From positions 8,701,539-8,765,538 of the forward strand of contig OZ316896.1 in the NCBI GenBank assembly GCA_973895155.1: DNA of 64,000 nt. The letters run 5' to 3'. Shown piece after piece: positions 1 through 13,400 of the stretch. Source of the DNA: Marsupella aquatica. Taxonomy: Eukaryota; Plantae; Marchantiophyta. Below the pieces are notes generated by a model. The model searched no databases, had not been told where the DNA came from, and saw only the letters and a list, made by a program, of their open reading frames with translations. Each line of letters opens with the position of its first letter. Within the stretch, counting starts at the first letter, position 1. Position numbers and translations under genes: made by a program.

Positions 1-133
1 TAATAATATACTCCAACTTCGTTTTCTTTTGGTGAGTCTTATGATACGTTGGATTTCCTGCTGGACTAGCTGTGAATTCTTAGTTAGGGATCTGCCTTAA
101 CAGGAAGTAAACGCAAGACGTAATGTTTTGTAG

Positions 134-1494
134 GAAGCACATCAGAGTCTAAACCCGAGGAAGTCAAGAAATTGCCAGGTGGTAAAGTGAAGAAAAAGGT
201 TCGCTTCGCTGACTGTCCTGATGCACACTCAATCAAGGTTTCTTTGATACTTTAGGCTCCATTTCATTTGTGTGAATTTTTATTGTATTGTCGTATCTTT
301 AGCTGCATCACATTAAAATTATAGCAGATATTCAGGCAAACATCTGTGCACGCACTCATATTGATCTGTATCGTATTTTATGTAAGGTAAAGGCTAGGAT
401 TGTTTATGGAAGTTTACATTGATGCGTAAATTCATGCAGGACAAGCCAGAAGTAGTGGTGGAGAAAGTGGTTCGGAATAAGAAGAAATGTCTCACGATAA
501 TCAAAGGGCTTGATATGTTCGGTTCGTGTTCAGGAAGCTGTTCATATTGTTTGTCTGGCACAATTTATATGGCAACTTACTTCGGGGCTTAGATGTCGGC
601 AATTCTCTTTCGTAAACATACATGTTACTGTTATCAGAGCGGTATTCCGAGTTCTCAATAAATTCAAACTGAACTTGCTGCAGGGAAAAAGGAATGTTTT
701 AGCTGATGAAGGGAGGTCTTGTGTTGCAGGTGTCAAGTTGAGTGACGCATCAAAGAAACTAGGAAAGAAGTTTGCTTCTGGGGCATCTGTTGTGAAGGTT
801 AGAATCTGGCTCATGTTTTTTGAGATTTCGATTTCATAATAATTCTGTAAAACTATAGCTCTTAAGTACAGACCTCCATAGCTGAATAGGTGGTTTCATC
901 TGCAGATATTCCGGTTTTCGAGACTGTTTCCACGCCGTCCACTTACACTAGAAATATCTGTCATACCAGTTTGTGTATGGGAGACTCCGTGAAGTGCAGC
1001 TTTTGAAGTCATCGTGGTTGCCGTTTTTCTTGTAGGGCCCAACCGAAAAAGAGCAAATAGATGTACAAGGAGACATCACATATGACATTGTTGACTTCAT
1101 AACAGAGACATGGCCAAATGTAAGTTTCTTGAAGTTAATTTGAAATCTCAATTGCATGTGTTATCGAACAGAAAAATAAGTTAATTTGCTGCCTTTCTTG
1201 AGGTCATCACGGTAGGATATGGCCGGTATGAATTTGCCCAGCTCTTTCAAGAGAATTTGAAGAGATGTGGCGGGTTTGTGTATTGGTTTCCTAGGTACCG
1301 AGCTGACGAAGTGAAACACGAACTCTTTTAAGTATCAAATATAGAGAGATCGATTTTCCGTCCTGCTTTTGCCCCTAACGTGTATAATCTGGCCAGACAG
1401 TACAGTAATATATTCGGTTGTCTGATGTTTTTAGGTACCAGAGTCGGCTATCTATTTTATTGAGGATGGAAGGAAAGTCCCTGCACTTGGCTAG
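134..1494 (+). CDS. DENR: Density-regulated protein / translation machinery-associated protein 22 (SUI1 domain), last five exons; 5' part lies outside the window
   Basis: GT-AG exons 134-198, 440-521, 730-797, 1036-1119 and 1435-1494 splice in frame to ...KPEEVKKLPGGKVKKK-DKPEVVVEKVVRNKKKCLTIIKGLDMF-GVKLSDASKKLGKKFASGASVVK-GPTEKEQIDVQGDITYDIVDFITETWPN-VPESAIYFIEDGRKVPALG*. This is the recognisable plant TMA22/DENR C-terminus. Confidence 0.92.
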
Positions 1495-1740
1495 CTGGTT
1501 AAATATACCCAACAATTTTTGTGCCCAAGGTGCCACGGAAACATGATGGTCTCAGGATATCGACTGTGACTCACAGTAAGCTTCTGAAATAAACCTTCAC
1601 TGCACCTTCTGAAGAGTCCACGGGCGCACAGGCCTGGCAACTTCGACACGAAAATCCTTAGTGCAGCGGGCCAAGGGTGCTGAGAGAGTTGATAGGTGTA
1701 GTTTCTCCTTGGTGCTGTATCAAAATAGGCGCTTGGGAGT

Positions 1741-1860
1741 GAACTGGTTATGCAATGCCCAGGGATGTTCGCATAAAATGAGGTCTATGTGCTACAAAAG
1801 AACTGGTTATGCAATACCCAGGGAGGTTGGCATGAAAAGAGGTTTATCTGCTACAGAAAG
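1741..1860. repeat. Two imperfect ~59-bp tandem copies
   Basis: gaactggttatgcaat(g/a)cccaggga...gctaca at 1741 and 1800. Confidence 0.7.
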
Positions 1861-1991
1861 GGTTCCACCTCTGAACCATAGCACTGATTACCTTCTGCCA
1901 TTACAGTTGATGTTTCTTGTTTGATGTAAAGTTAGAGCACTGAACGGAGTCGACCCTTGACGAGTTGAAGTTATTAAAATACTTCCATTGA

Positions 1992-2074
1992 AGTGGTGTC
2001 AAATTTCACTAGACAGTGGTGTCAAATTTCACTAGACCCACAGTCTGCGAACGAGTTTAGGGTTTAGGGTTTAG
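1992..2074 (+). repeat. 23-bp tandem duplication followed by a short interstitial telomere-type repeat (TTTAGGG)~2.7
   Basis: agtggtgtcaaatttcactagac x2, then tttagggtttagggtttag at about 2056-2074. Confidence 0.75.
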
Positions 2075-3231
2075 ACTCCCATGAAACACGTCTTGAAACC
2101 TCCGACAGTCTCCCAAAGCCCTTTCATTGCAGTTTAACGCCAAAAATTCTTAGTGCTAAAAATTAATTTAAGAGTCTCTACATGCTCAAGATATTGACAT
2201 CGTTTCTGATTTAACGCCAACAACTTTGAGGTCTAGAAACTCGACCACCAATTTAATACTTGATCTCATGCACTTTCGATAGTGCATCACGCAGTTTTAT
2301 TAAAACTGTCAACTCGAAGTGATGTTCGTCAGCTTCCATAAGTACTTTCCAGATATATCCCACACATGCCCTAGAAATATTCGTCAAAAAAAGAGGGATG
2401 AGAGTGGTAGATATTGTACGAATTGGCCAGGTCATGAGACTGGATCTTATCCAAGCTCTGGTCAATGTAAACTGACACGCTCTTTAGGTCAGATAAATCA
2501 CACTTCTCACCTATGTATGATGTTTTATATGACACCAAGATCAGTGGTGTATTGTATCTTCCAATAGTGTGGACACTCGAGAGACACCATAATGGGTAGC
2601 CTACAGTATATATCGGACTTGACTCTATCCTGCAGAACACCGACATCATAATAGGGATAGTCTACAATATCCTTCGGACTTGTTTACCCAATACTGCGGT
2701 GCGCCGAAGCCCTCATGAGAAATCACTCACCAATTTCTGTAATCGAAGATTAGAATCCTAAGCGAACTCATATAGGATGAGTTCCAGTCTCTACCTAGAA
2801 ATAATCTGATGCTATCTCTTTCCAAGATGCCCAGATAACAAATGCTGGGGGGGAACTTACTATATGAGAACTGCCCCATGTTGGGTTGGGAATGGCTTCT
2901 AGTTTGTTATACGTATCTGATGATGGATGCCGTGAGCGTCAGAGATTAACTAAAACTTCCAACGACTGGAGTCAGCTCCAGCTGTTGTCATTGCTGACGG
3001 ACTCGGACATTCATCAGCATTTCCAGCTATTGTCGTTAAACAAAACAGACACAGATCACTCTTAGCAGCTCGGTTGTCCATGGCCACCAACCATCCATTG
3101 GCTCTCAATCTGACTGTTTCTTGCTGTTCGAAAATCAAGCTGTTCATTTACAGGGAAAGTGGTTATCGATATGGCCCCGTACTATCGTGAAGATTCTTGA
3201 ATTTAGGAATATCCGACACTGGCGTGCCAGG

Positions 3232-6200
3232 CTACCTCACTTCCCCATACTCAGCTGCAATGCTTTCCTGTACTTTCTGTGTTAAGAGATGTTGGGCAAT
3301 CCGAACACCTTCTGCCGTTCCTGCAATAGTAACCTTTCTGCGAAGTAAACCACTGACAGAAAATAAGAGGCTCGCTGACAGAGTTCTCTGGACACCCTCC
3401 AGCGCAATTTCGATTCTGAATTGCTAAACGTGCCATTTACATAAACCGTTCATTTCAGGACTTGGGTTCTGGTGATGGACTGTACTTTTGATTTCAAGAA
3501 TCGTAAGACTATGTTGAATGAGTCATTGTCGGGGGAAAAAGACTTCTCTGTGAGTAAGAACGAAGTAGACGAAACATACCCCAGTTGATAAGTATCCAAT
3601 TTAGCTGAAATTTTTCCTAAGATGCCCTACCTTGTGGTCGCCCCAGACTTTTGAATTATGGAAATCCAATCAAGTTGGACCTGGATTAATAATGGAGTAC
3701 CTGCCAATTGTAAAACTTAACAAGTTTTTGTTTTATTTTCCATGCTAAGATTCAGAGTTCCTTCTTTCAGATACAGAACCTTTCCAATTTTAAGCTTATT
3801 CTTCTTGTGGATATTTTGAAACAAGGATCAAATTCAGTTTCTGTTACTTTTCGTATCGGTTCCATGATTCTAGCACACTTTTGAAAGAACTACATCGATT
3901 TTGGTAGACGGAAACAATCTCAGAAATTCATAGAGAGAATCGCTTGCTACATATGTGAAGAAGAAACAAACCGATTTTTAGTCCCTGCAACAAAATCGCC
4001 TCGATCTGAAATCTTTATTTTCACACCACTTGCCTGCATTTCACCAAATAACACTAGCAAGTTTCAGACCGCAGAATTTGTGGTCATGGACTTAAAAGCA
4101 TGCCAAGTAACAAAAATTCTGTTATGTGATTTGAATGAGGCACCTAATCGACAGAAAAGACGCTGGGTACATTTCAGATATAATGTGCAATGCTGGAATA
4201 TGAATAGCAGTCCTCAGGTCCTGGACAATTTCTTTAACCTGCTGAATTTCTGTAATAGTCTTTCCAGCGCGACCAACAATAGCTCCAATTCGATCATCAG
4301 GAACAGCAAGAGTCAGCGATGTCGTGACAGGTCCGGTTTCCAAAACTGGTAATGTGATTTGAATGGGAGGCACGAGCGACGGCATGAAACCCTGAGAATG
4401 TAATCACAACAAGCCACGTCAAGGACTAGCACTATAGCTAAGGGAATATGTGGACAATATTTGGTACAAAAGATTGCCAATTAAGCTTGGAGTGGTGGGA
4501 GCGTGAAGGGAATTTCTTGATCTCAAGTCCAATGTCAATTGTGAGTTTCCTCTAGGCAGTGCCCGTACAAAACACGCACGTCTCTTGCATCGCACAGGCA
4601 GACTCCAGAACGATGAATATTTAAGATACGACGTATAGAAGCTGGGTCTTCCTTCCCCGAAAAATACCTTCGAACGAGGAATTCCGCCGGGACTGGCAGA
4701 AGTGTACGGTACTGCACCATAGCCAGTGCTTTGGATGGGTGAGCCTACAAATCGCCCTCCAATTCGCATACTTAGCATGCCGAGGCCTGGAAGGACAGGA
4801 AATTATTAAACTATTTTCTAGGATTGAGATTTCGACATTCAATGACCCACACAAGGGCAGATTCAAAGCACAAATATTTCCCAACTCACTTGAATAAGAA
4901 ATTGGGGAGTTGGCATATTGTGCATAGTTTGGGTCGTCAGATAACTTCGTTATGATACTGTCAACTGCTCGAAGTTGTTGTTCTAAGGTTCCGGTAATGG
5001 TAACCATTCGGTCGCTTACTCCTGGAATTGTCTGATCTTGTGGTGAGAGTTTAATATTCGCACCTGTCTCCTCAACAAATGCCCTGTGTAGCCACGATAT
5101 CAGTACTCCATCAAAACCACCTTGAGCACACAATAAGAGTGCAATCCCGCAAATTCAGCTCTGGGTAACGTGCCAGTAGACATTTCACGACGCTGAAGAT
5201 ATGTGGAACGAACAGACTTGATTCAGCTTTCGTAATTAAATATTCATTGCAGCTCCAAATTCAAGGGAACTGAAGCCACTCCTGACTTCCGAGTCTCTCA
5301 TGCTTGAACGCCTTCGCAAAGCAAATCAGAGTATATACAGCAGATCCTCTATATTTCCGCAGCAGGTCATATCCTGACCATCTATAGCCTTTACGACGCG
5401 ATACTAACGCGACAGCTGTAGAGGGCAACCTCATGAGAAGACGAAAGCTTTATCTCATGTCAGAGGACTTATTCGGTAAAACATTTGCGAAGGGAGGACC
5501 GGAACAGGAACCCCGTACTTGATTGTGGAACCGCCCTTGCCAATGATCGCTCCACATACATTATTTGGCACAATCAGTCTCACGTGGTTCGGCTTGTGAT
5601 CACCATCATTTTCTTCTTCAGCCTGCCCAGCCGATTGCAGAAGCATTTTGTGATACAGTCAGCAGCGAGAAGGAAATTGGACAGCGGAAATCGGACATGG
5701 TCTCATAAAAACAGCTTCAATTTGTCATAATGCCTGTAAGATCGGAGGCATGTAGCCCAATCAACAACCTCTGCGTAGCATGCATACCTCATTTATTATC
5801 TTGGAGAGGATAAGATTTAAAGCAGTCGAAATCTCGTTGACAGTGCCGCTAATCAATATAATTCTATCTGTGGTACCCGGGAAGTATTCGTGATTCCTGG
5901 AAAGCTGTATTCTTGCACCAGACTTGGCTTGGAACTCGCTAATAGTTCCTCCTCCTTTGCCAATCACTGATCCTGCTGCTGCATTTGATATGAGGAATCT
6001 GATGCTGGATGTGACACTGCTCATGTTGTCTGCACATTTGCGAATGAGAAATTGAGGATAGAAAGGTGAGTGTAGGGTAAAACAGTCGAACGAAGGGCCA
6101 GGTCGACTCCCAGAAGATAAACCCGCACATACAATTAGGCGGCTAAGACACGCACTATCATCACAACCTCCGATGTCCTTAAACCTCGAAGCTCCCTCCC

Positions 6201-7361
6201 TGACAAATTTTCGTACTGAAAACAACCCTAGGACGATAATACTTCCTCGCATCCAAGAAAGGCGAAGAATGCGGACAAGTCAGAATAAAGGAGGGCCCAA
6301 CATCCATGAAGAACTCTGACGTGCAAGCTAGAAAGCTGGCCTTCACAAAACACGAGCCGCAATGTGGACGAATGCAAAAAAGAACTCCCAAAAACAGCAG
6401 GCAAGGTGGTTAAGAACAGATCCATTTTTTGCAAGAAGTATCTCACAGCCTGAAACACAATCAGAAGAGGCATCAAGGATCGCGCGGACAATTGTCAATG
6501 CTCGTCGTCTTTCAATTTGTTCTTCGGTAAGACGATTATAGAAATTGCCCCCTTGGAAAAAAGAACCGCATAATTTGCTCAGCTCAAATAAAGAATGACT
6601 GACGGATCACTTAATGGTCTGTACGACCACATAATGGCAGATTATAAAGACTTCGGTAGGTACGACATTTGGTGCACTTCGTACGTCCTTAAAAATATCC
6701 GTAACTAAGAGGTTAGCGACTTTTCGTTCCTCTAACCGATCACAGCGGTAGATGGACCTGACATAATTTGAAGGTTCTGCCGGAACAGAAGTCATAATTG
6801 GCGGCAATGAAGGACACGCTCGCAAAAGGGACTATCGACGCGGACTGTCTCATCCCGTATCGACCAATTCAGAAGTCTCTGTCCCTAGCTGACAGCATTT
6901 CCATCCTGACCAGTTTGAATCATCGTCACAAGATGGACGATCAATTGACATCTAATGGCCGCACACTCGTTGTTCCACTTGCAAATTCTACAACCCGCAC
7001 AGATTTGCCGGATCACGAGCTAAAAACGCCGGTTCGTGTCGGAGTCAGTAATCACAATCTTGCTTTACACCTCCTCCATCTGGATGTTTTGTGTTCTTAA
7101 CGACGCTCAAACTTCCTCTGCCCTCATCGATCCAAAAAGATAATTTGTTTGCATCGCCGTACTGAGTTACTCCACGAGGCTAGCACAGAGTGTGGACGAT
7201 GGAAGGGTGAGGCGGAGTTCCAAGTGTAGCAGACAAACCAAAATGATTCAGTGGAACATGTTACCTGTACTCGGTAGCTCGGGAAGACTAGTAGAGTGGC
7301 CATCTGCTGCTGTTGCTGCTGCTGCCGAGGAAGATTGCTGCGGCTGCTGCAACGACTCCAT
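3232..7361 (-). CDS. BTR1: BTR1/NOVA-like RNA-binding protein with three KH domains, 8 exons
   Basis: Exons 7361-7265 (MESLQQP...), 6029-5788 ([20 protein letters not shown]1), 5622-5519 ([20 protein letters not shown]2), 5083-4890, 4786-4668, 4391-4239 ([18 protein letters not shown]3), 4033-3972 ([13 protein letters not shown]) and 3337-3232 ([18 protein letters not shown]...*). All introns are GT-AG and phases are consistent. Confidence 0.9.
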
Positions 7362-7498
7362 GGCAGAACGCTAGAACAGATCTCCTCCTGGAGAGTCCCA
7401 GTGCATGGCCCCGGCATCCCCCTCGCTCCCTCCTTCCCACGCGCCTTGCTCTGAGAATGTCGCCCTCCCGTCTAATTTTCTCTCTACTCCTCCGACCA

Positions 7499-7980
7499 TC
7501 AATCAATCAATCAATCACTCACTCACTCACTCACTCACTCACTCACGCACGCACGTCTCTCGTCTCCGCTACTCCGTACAATTTCCTCTCCAGATTTCTC
7601 TCTCCGATCCCGCTGCATTCTCCCTCCTTCCTCCGTCTCCCCACCTCGCTTCTCCTCCTCTTTCTCAGTCGCAATCTCCTTCTCTGCCTCGCTCGTTTGG
7701 ACTCTTTCGCTCTTTCCCGTCTGCAGTCGACAACATTTCCCTTTCGATTTTGTCGCTCGGCCCTCGTTTTGTCCAGCTCCGCCTCTTCCCCCTCCCTCCT
7801 CTCTGATTCTCTCGCTCCGCACGGCTCTCCTCTCCTCTCCTCTCCTCCGTCTCCTCTCCTCTGTCACTCCTCTCCTCTCCTCTCCTCTGTCTCTCGTCTA
7901 GTCGTCTCTCGTCCTCTGTCTCTCTCGCTCCCCCGCTCTGCGCTGCGCTGCTCTGTCTCTCTCGCTCCCCCCTTTCGTTG
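7499..7980. repeat. (TCAA)n/(TCAC)n microsatellite and CT-rich low-complexity tract upstream of the KH gene (probable 5' UTR/promoter)
   Basis: tcaatcaatcaa, tcactcactcac and long ctcctctcct runs immediately 5' of the ATG on the - strand. Confidence 0.75.
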
Positions 7981-8049
7981 GGTCCGTCCGCGGCTCGCTC
8001 GCTGTCCGTCTAGCCACAAACTCGCTGGCTGCTCTTTGCAGCTACTTAC

Positions 8050-9300
8050 TCTTACGCTACCATGCTGCTGTCACTTACAAGCTCTTGAGCTGCTGATCCT
8101 TGACTCTTCGCTCCCATGCTAGTGTCACTTACAACCTCCTGCAATGCTCATACTCTTCGCTCCCATGCTAGTGTCACTTTACAACCTCCTGCAATGCTCA
8201 TGCTACTGTCACTTACAACCTCCTTAATTCCTGGCAGGAAGAATGGTTACCGGTGTGTAACCTTTTCTACTAGGTGCTACCATTTTCATAACCCTATGCC
8301 CAGAAAGTCTTACCCGAAGAGATATTGCGTATGATAATGACTGTTTGGGTTGGGGTTCTAATCTGAAACTTGTTCCCACAAAGCTCAGAAAAATTCTCCA
8401 GCTGTCACCGGTCGACATTTCCTCACTTTCTGGTCACAGAATTACAGGCTAGTAACCCCAGACCAAACCGTCATTACCCTATACTTCACTGCTCATGCTA
8501 GTGTAACTTACAACCTCCTTTGCTGCTCATGTTACTACAACTTACAAAGCTCCTTCGCCGCTCTTTGACTCTTTTGCTACCATGCTACTGTCACTTACAA
8601 GCTCCTTCCTTGCTCTTTGCCCCTACCTACTATTCTGCTACTACTTTACTACTGTAAAACTTACAAGCTCCGATGCATCTCTTTGCCTACGCTACTCTTT
8701 ACACTTCTTGTTACTATGCCATTGTAATTACTATGTTATTGGAATGTAATGTGCTAGGTATGTAAGCATTTCTGGAAGTCTTTGCTATTTCCATAATCTA
8801 TTGCTTGAAACCTCATGATTGATAATTTTTTTCCATACCATATCTACATAATATGAAGACTGTCTGGGCTTGGGTTCTAGTTTAAACCCTACTCCCAGAA
8901 TGCTCATAAAGGTTTGTCGACTCTAGTCTGAACCTTGCTTCCAGAATGCCCAGAAAATTTTGTTTGTTAGCTACTGCCAGTAGGCTTTTCGTCGCTTTTG
9001 GTCACAGGGTTACAGCCTAGGAATGCCCTTCCCAGACTATCACTATCCTATACTTACCAGCTCGCTTGCTGTATGATTGTGTTGTTACAAACTTGTGGGC
9101 TGCTCTTTGTAGCTCCTTACTGCCAAACTATTGTAACTTACCAGCTTGCTCTGTGAAGCTAAAAACTCAGTTGCTCTTTGCAGCTCCTACTATGCTTCTA
9201 CCCTACTGTAACTTACCAGCTTTCCTGCTGTATGATAGTCTGGCTACAAACTTGTGGGTTGCTCTTTGCAATAACTTACTACTATGCTACTTTGCAACGT
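8050..9300. repeat. Degenerate minisatellite (catgct..tgtcacttacaa core) with an embedded ~250-bp imperfect duplication
   Basis: The core recurs many times; 8335-8490 resembles 8855-9060 (gactgt.tggg.t.gggttcta...). Confidence 0.6.
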
Positions 9301-10329
9301 ATGCTAAGTGCGCAAGGCCAGGAGTGAAGCAGGCTTCAATTGTGGGCAATCAAAAGGGTTGTATGTCCATCTAAGCCCAGGGAAACAAGGGCAGGAGGTA
9401 CTATCATGCTTGGGAGTTGTTGTATATGATCTGGCAGGAACCCGCACAAAGGAGGAAGGGCAAGCGCCTGGAAGATCAATATGTATACAGTAAATTTCTA
9501 TTTAATTAACATTATGGGATATAGTGCCCCAAAAAATGAGAGCTTCATCTTGACTTTTGAGGGGCTATTATTGCCCATAATGCCTTGGATACACATGTAA
9601 ATTACTCTAAATTTTGATACTAAAATGAAACACACAACATGATTTTCTATGATACAGAGTGTGATTCAAAATGTGAAATTGTTAGGGAAATGTGAACTTG
9701 ATTCACCTGACTACAAATGCGGCCCCTTTTCACTCGGCCTAGCACAAACTACCAGTAGATGTAAAATTGCCAAAAGTGTTTGGTCAAGAGAATCTTTCTT
9801 GCCAAATCAACACCATTGAATGGCTAGAGTCTACTGGGGAGTCTACAAGTCACAAGGTTCAGGTGTACTGGTTCTCTTCCCATATCTTGGAAACTTCTGA
9901 GTGAAATCAAACTCTTCTACTCTTAGAGCCACAACTTGCATGTGGGCAGTGATCAAGACATTGGCCCTTAGCACTTCTAAACTGTTTGAAAAAGCAGATC
10001 TTGCTTTTTCACAATATTGAGATTTTTCACAAGACCTTTCAAAGAATGTTGTTGTTTTGCCATTTGCAAATATGGACCTCAATGGCTATAAAGTTGAGGT
10101 ATATGCTTGATTGGCCATTTGGTGTTACTTTCTTACCTAATGCCCCTACGAAACTTTTTTTACCTAATAGGCGCCCTGTTACACTTTTGTGTCGGTTGTT
10201 CTTCTAGTAGTCACTCTAACCATTTTTTTTCTTGATGCAATGATCAACTGCACCGTCAAACCCCGCACCCAACCTTGCATGGTCAAACAAAAAGGTCAAA
10301 CGACATGGTTAGGGGAACCGTGGAATTGC

Positions 10330-10442
10330 GGCCGCCTCTACCCAAACTGCAAAGTGAAGACAATACGGCCACCGCTACCCAAACTGCAAAGTGAAGACAA
10401 TATGGCCGCCGCTACCCAAACTTCAAAGTGAAGACAATATGG
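10330..10442. repeat. 37-bp tandem repeat, three copies
   Basis: ggcc(g/a)cc(g/t)ctacccaaact(g/t)caaagtgaagacaata x3 with no spacers. Confidence 0.85.
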
Positions 10443-13400
10443 ATTATGTCTTCGGATTTGAACCGCAGACACTACACGAACAAGGCAAGAAATTCTCTGT
10501 TAATGTTTGAACGCCATTCGTTAACTTGAGGGCCGGAAAACAAAGGGCTGCCCACACTCAACTTGGCTCTTAGCATGTATTTTAACAAATCTGTTCCTGA
10601 GGTAGACTTCAAGATGTTCTTCAAGACTGTGTACTCCAGCTTAGCTCAATCTACTCATCCTAGTAGAGAGCCCAGTCCATCTAGCCATGTTTTGCGGTGG
10701 AGTGCAATGTGCAGTCCCATGGAAGTTATTGGTGTGGAGAGCAATGTTTTACCACTCGAACAATCAATTTAGTCAAGATACCCAAGCAGGATTTATTCAG
10801 TGGCAAGAGCAACGTTTTGCTGTGGAGCACAAGGCATTGCCATGTGCATAGCTTGAGAGCAAGAGGTTGTACAAGATAGCACCCAACATTACAAATCCAG
10901 GCAAGGATGAGTCCTGGCTTTCAAGCTAGCACAACATTGGCTCGCACAATAATAGAGGTTTTTTTTGTGAATGAGCCAGGTTTTGGCACTCTAGCTCTAG
11001 TCCACTTTGCCGTGTTGTCCCCTTTCGTGGGCCACCCTGTTGTATGCTCTCCTTTTGATTGGATTTCAATGCGTTGTTTCAAACCCCAAAAAAAACGTCT
11101 ATTGACCCTTGAAAACTCACCCTGCCATGAAACCGCAGGCCAGGAGCCGTTGCGGCCACATTTCGAAACACTGGATAGAACGCGGGCGACCTGCGGTGGG
11201 GACCATTGCCCGTTGGGTGGGGATTCGGTAGGGGAAAGGAGAGCTGCCGGGGAAAGGAGAGCTGCCGGGGAAAGGACGAATATAATAATTAATTATTATT
11301 AATATACAAAAGTGAAATACGGCGTGAAATGAAGTCAAACAAGACCGGTACACTACCGCGTGAGGCCACACTGCCACAGGCCGGCTGCCGGGGCCAGCCG
11401 ACCAGCGACCCGTCGCCATCGCGGGGCCGCGCAGGGCATCGGACAACTGGAGTGGCCGGGCCGATCTTGCAGTCGGGCAGAGCCGCAGAGGGGCGGTGGG
11501 GATTCCCAAGCGTTGCGGTGTTGCGGTTCTCTTCTACAGGAGTTCTACACTTCTACGAGACGGGCGGGCGGTCCCGTCAACATTCCCCTGGCCCCACAGG
11601 CGGGCGGGTGTGGGGCTACGGGCATTCCCTTATCCTTTGTCGGGGGGTGCTTCGACGCCCACACGTGTCCGACGGGAACTCCTTCCCATCCTTTTGGGAT
11701 TTTGGGATTGGAAAAACCGCATTTTACTTTCCCCGTTTCCCGTGTCCAACCAACCGTATTGCCATCTCGGTCCGTTGAAAAGACATTGTTATTAAAAAGT
11801 CTGGGATTGACTAACTATTTTGAGTCTCAATTTTTTTTGTCTTGTATGTCTTAAAAATATTCTGAGCATCCTGGTATGCACTCTGACTGTAAGGAATGAT
11901 TTTTTTTAATGTTAAAGCATCCTGGTATAGACATTGAATTTTCAGTGTATTGGGGTAACATTGACATTTCAGTGTAGACATGACTTTGAGTGCATTCACT
12001 GCTTTTCAAATTTAAAATTAAATCAGGAGAGAAATATTTTTGCCTTGCTTTCCTGAACTGAAAGCAACCAACAAGAATGGCACTATGGTAGTGTAAATTT
12101 ATAACCTGCCCCAAGGGTCAGTAATTCTAAGGTTGCCCCCATTCCTTATGTGGGTTTGCTTAACTACACTGACTCTTGTCTAAACTGAGATGATACGTAC
12201 TTGATCAGGGGGTGCGGGGAGGCTCATGATTTGCCCAGGTTAGCCCCCTTCAGCCACAAAAGTGGTAGAAATGAGGGGGACCAGAATGTGATAGTTTTTG
12301 CTTGTAGATAGTAGTCAACATCTGCATTCCAGTGAGTGTTGACTGGGCAAACCTGTTCCCGGGTGAAGGTATGGTTGGAGGGGGTTAGCATGGGTGAATC
12401 ATGAGCTCTATGTGACCCAAACCAATTACATGTCATCTTGGATTAGTATAATCAAGTCAAATCAAACCATATAAGAAACCCGGGTAAGACACCAAGGACA
12501 ACCGGATAATTGAATTAGTTTGTGGGTCGGGTTATTTATTTTGACCAGTCTGGGGACAGGATACTAAAAAATGGTTTGAAATGGAAACACCAATTTCTGT
12601 GATCGATCTGCATTTATTGTTACTCCTCTACAGAAAGTAAAGCCCCCATGGACCTCCACATCTGCCAAAATGCTCAGGTAGACTGGGATGAACTGGAGTA
12701 AAACCCTCTTTTATACTTTAAATTTATGGTACGTATCACACCAATGGGTGAAATGTGACGAGAAGACTAGACAGTCATCCTTTGAAATCAATGGGCATCT
12801 CAATTCTCAAAGAAAGCTGAGGATATTAGGCAGATTGGAAAGAATCTTCTAACTAGAGGGAGATATAATGAGTGTCAAAGTTAGCTGCTCCAAAGACTTC
12901 CAAGTGTAAAGTTGGGACAATGAGTGATCAAGTAGTATTTCAAAATTCATAGCGAATTCAGTTTGGTGTCAAGATAGATAGTAAATGTCAAATTTTGCTC
13001 TCTAAACTTGTCACAAAGAATGAGGGCGTCAATGAGTGAAGGTGTAAAAGGTGTCACAGTCCATGTGATCAAACAATTTAGGGTCTCAATACATCCAAGC
13101 TACAACTTCCTCCCCTAAACGTTGGACTGGACTCTGTTGGTACCAATCTATCTAAGTATATCTATACTGTAAGTCAATCAAAGCGTACTTTTTATGACTT
13201 ACTTGGTAAAGAGAAACCACAGGCTGTAGTTTCTCTTTTGACTATGCTTGTGATAGGGACAGGCATGGGAATCTGGGTACAGGGAGCCCTCCTTGTCTAA
13301 GATTTGTCATACATTAAAGTGATAATAGTTTGTCATTCTTGTCACAACTCTACTTTGAAATTTCTAGTATTTGAATGCAACTCTGCCCCTAGTGAAAGGT

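Noticed and set aside
2056-2074. True telomere or chromosome fusion site
   Set aside because: Under three units; consistent with a telo-box or a small repair insertion.
7313-8122. 269-aa Ser/Leu/Pro-rich ORF and overlapping ORFs
   Set aside because: Artefact of the CT-rich low-complexity tract upstream of the KH gene.
10330-10442. CRISPR-like array of 37-bp repeats
   Set aside because: Head-to-tail repeats with no spacers, eukaryotic context and no cas genes.
10450-10500. tRNA or SINE suggested by box-B-like GGTTCAAATCC on the - strand
   Set aside because: No convincing box A, cloverleaf, tail or TSD.
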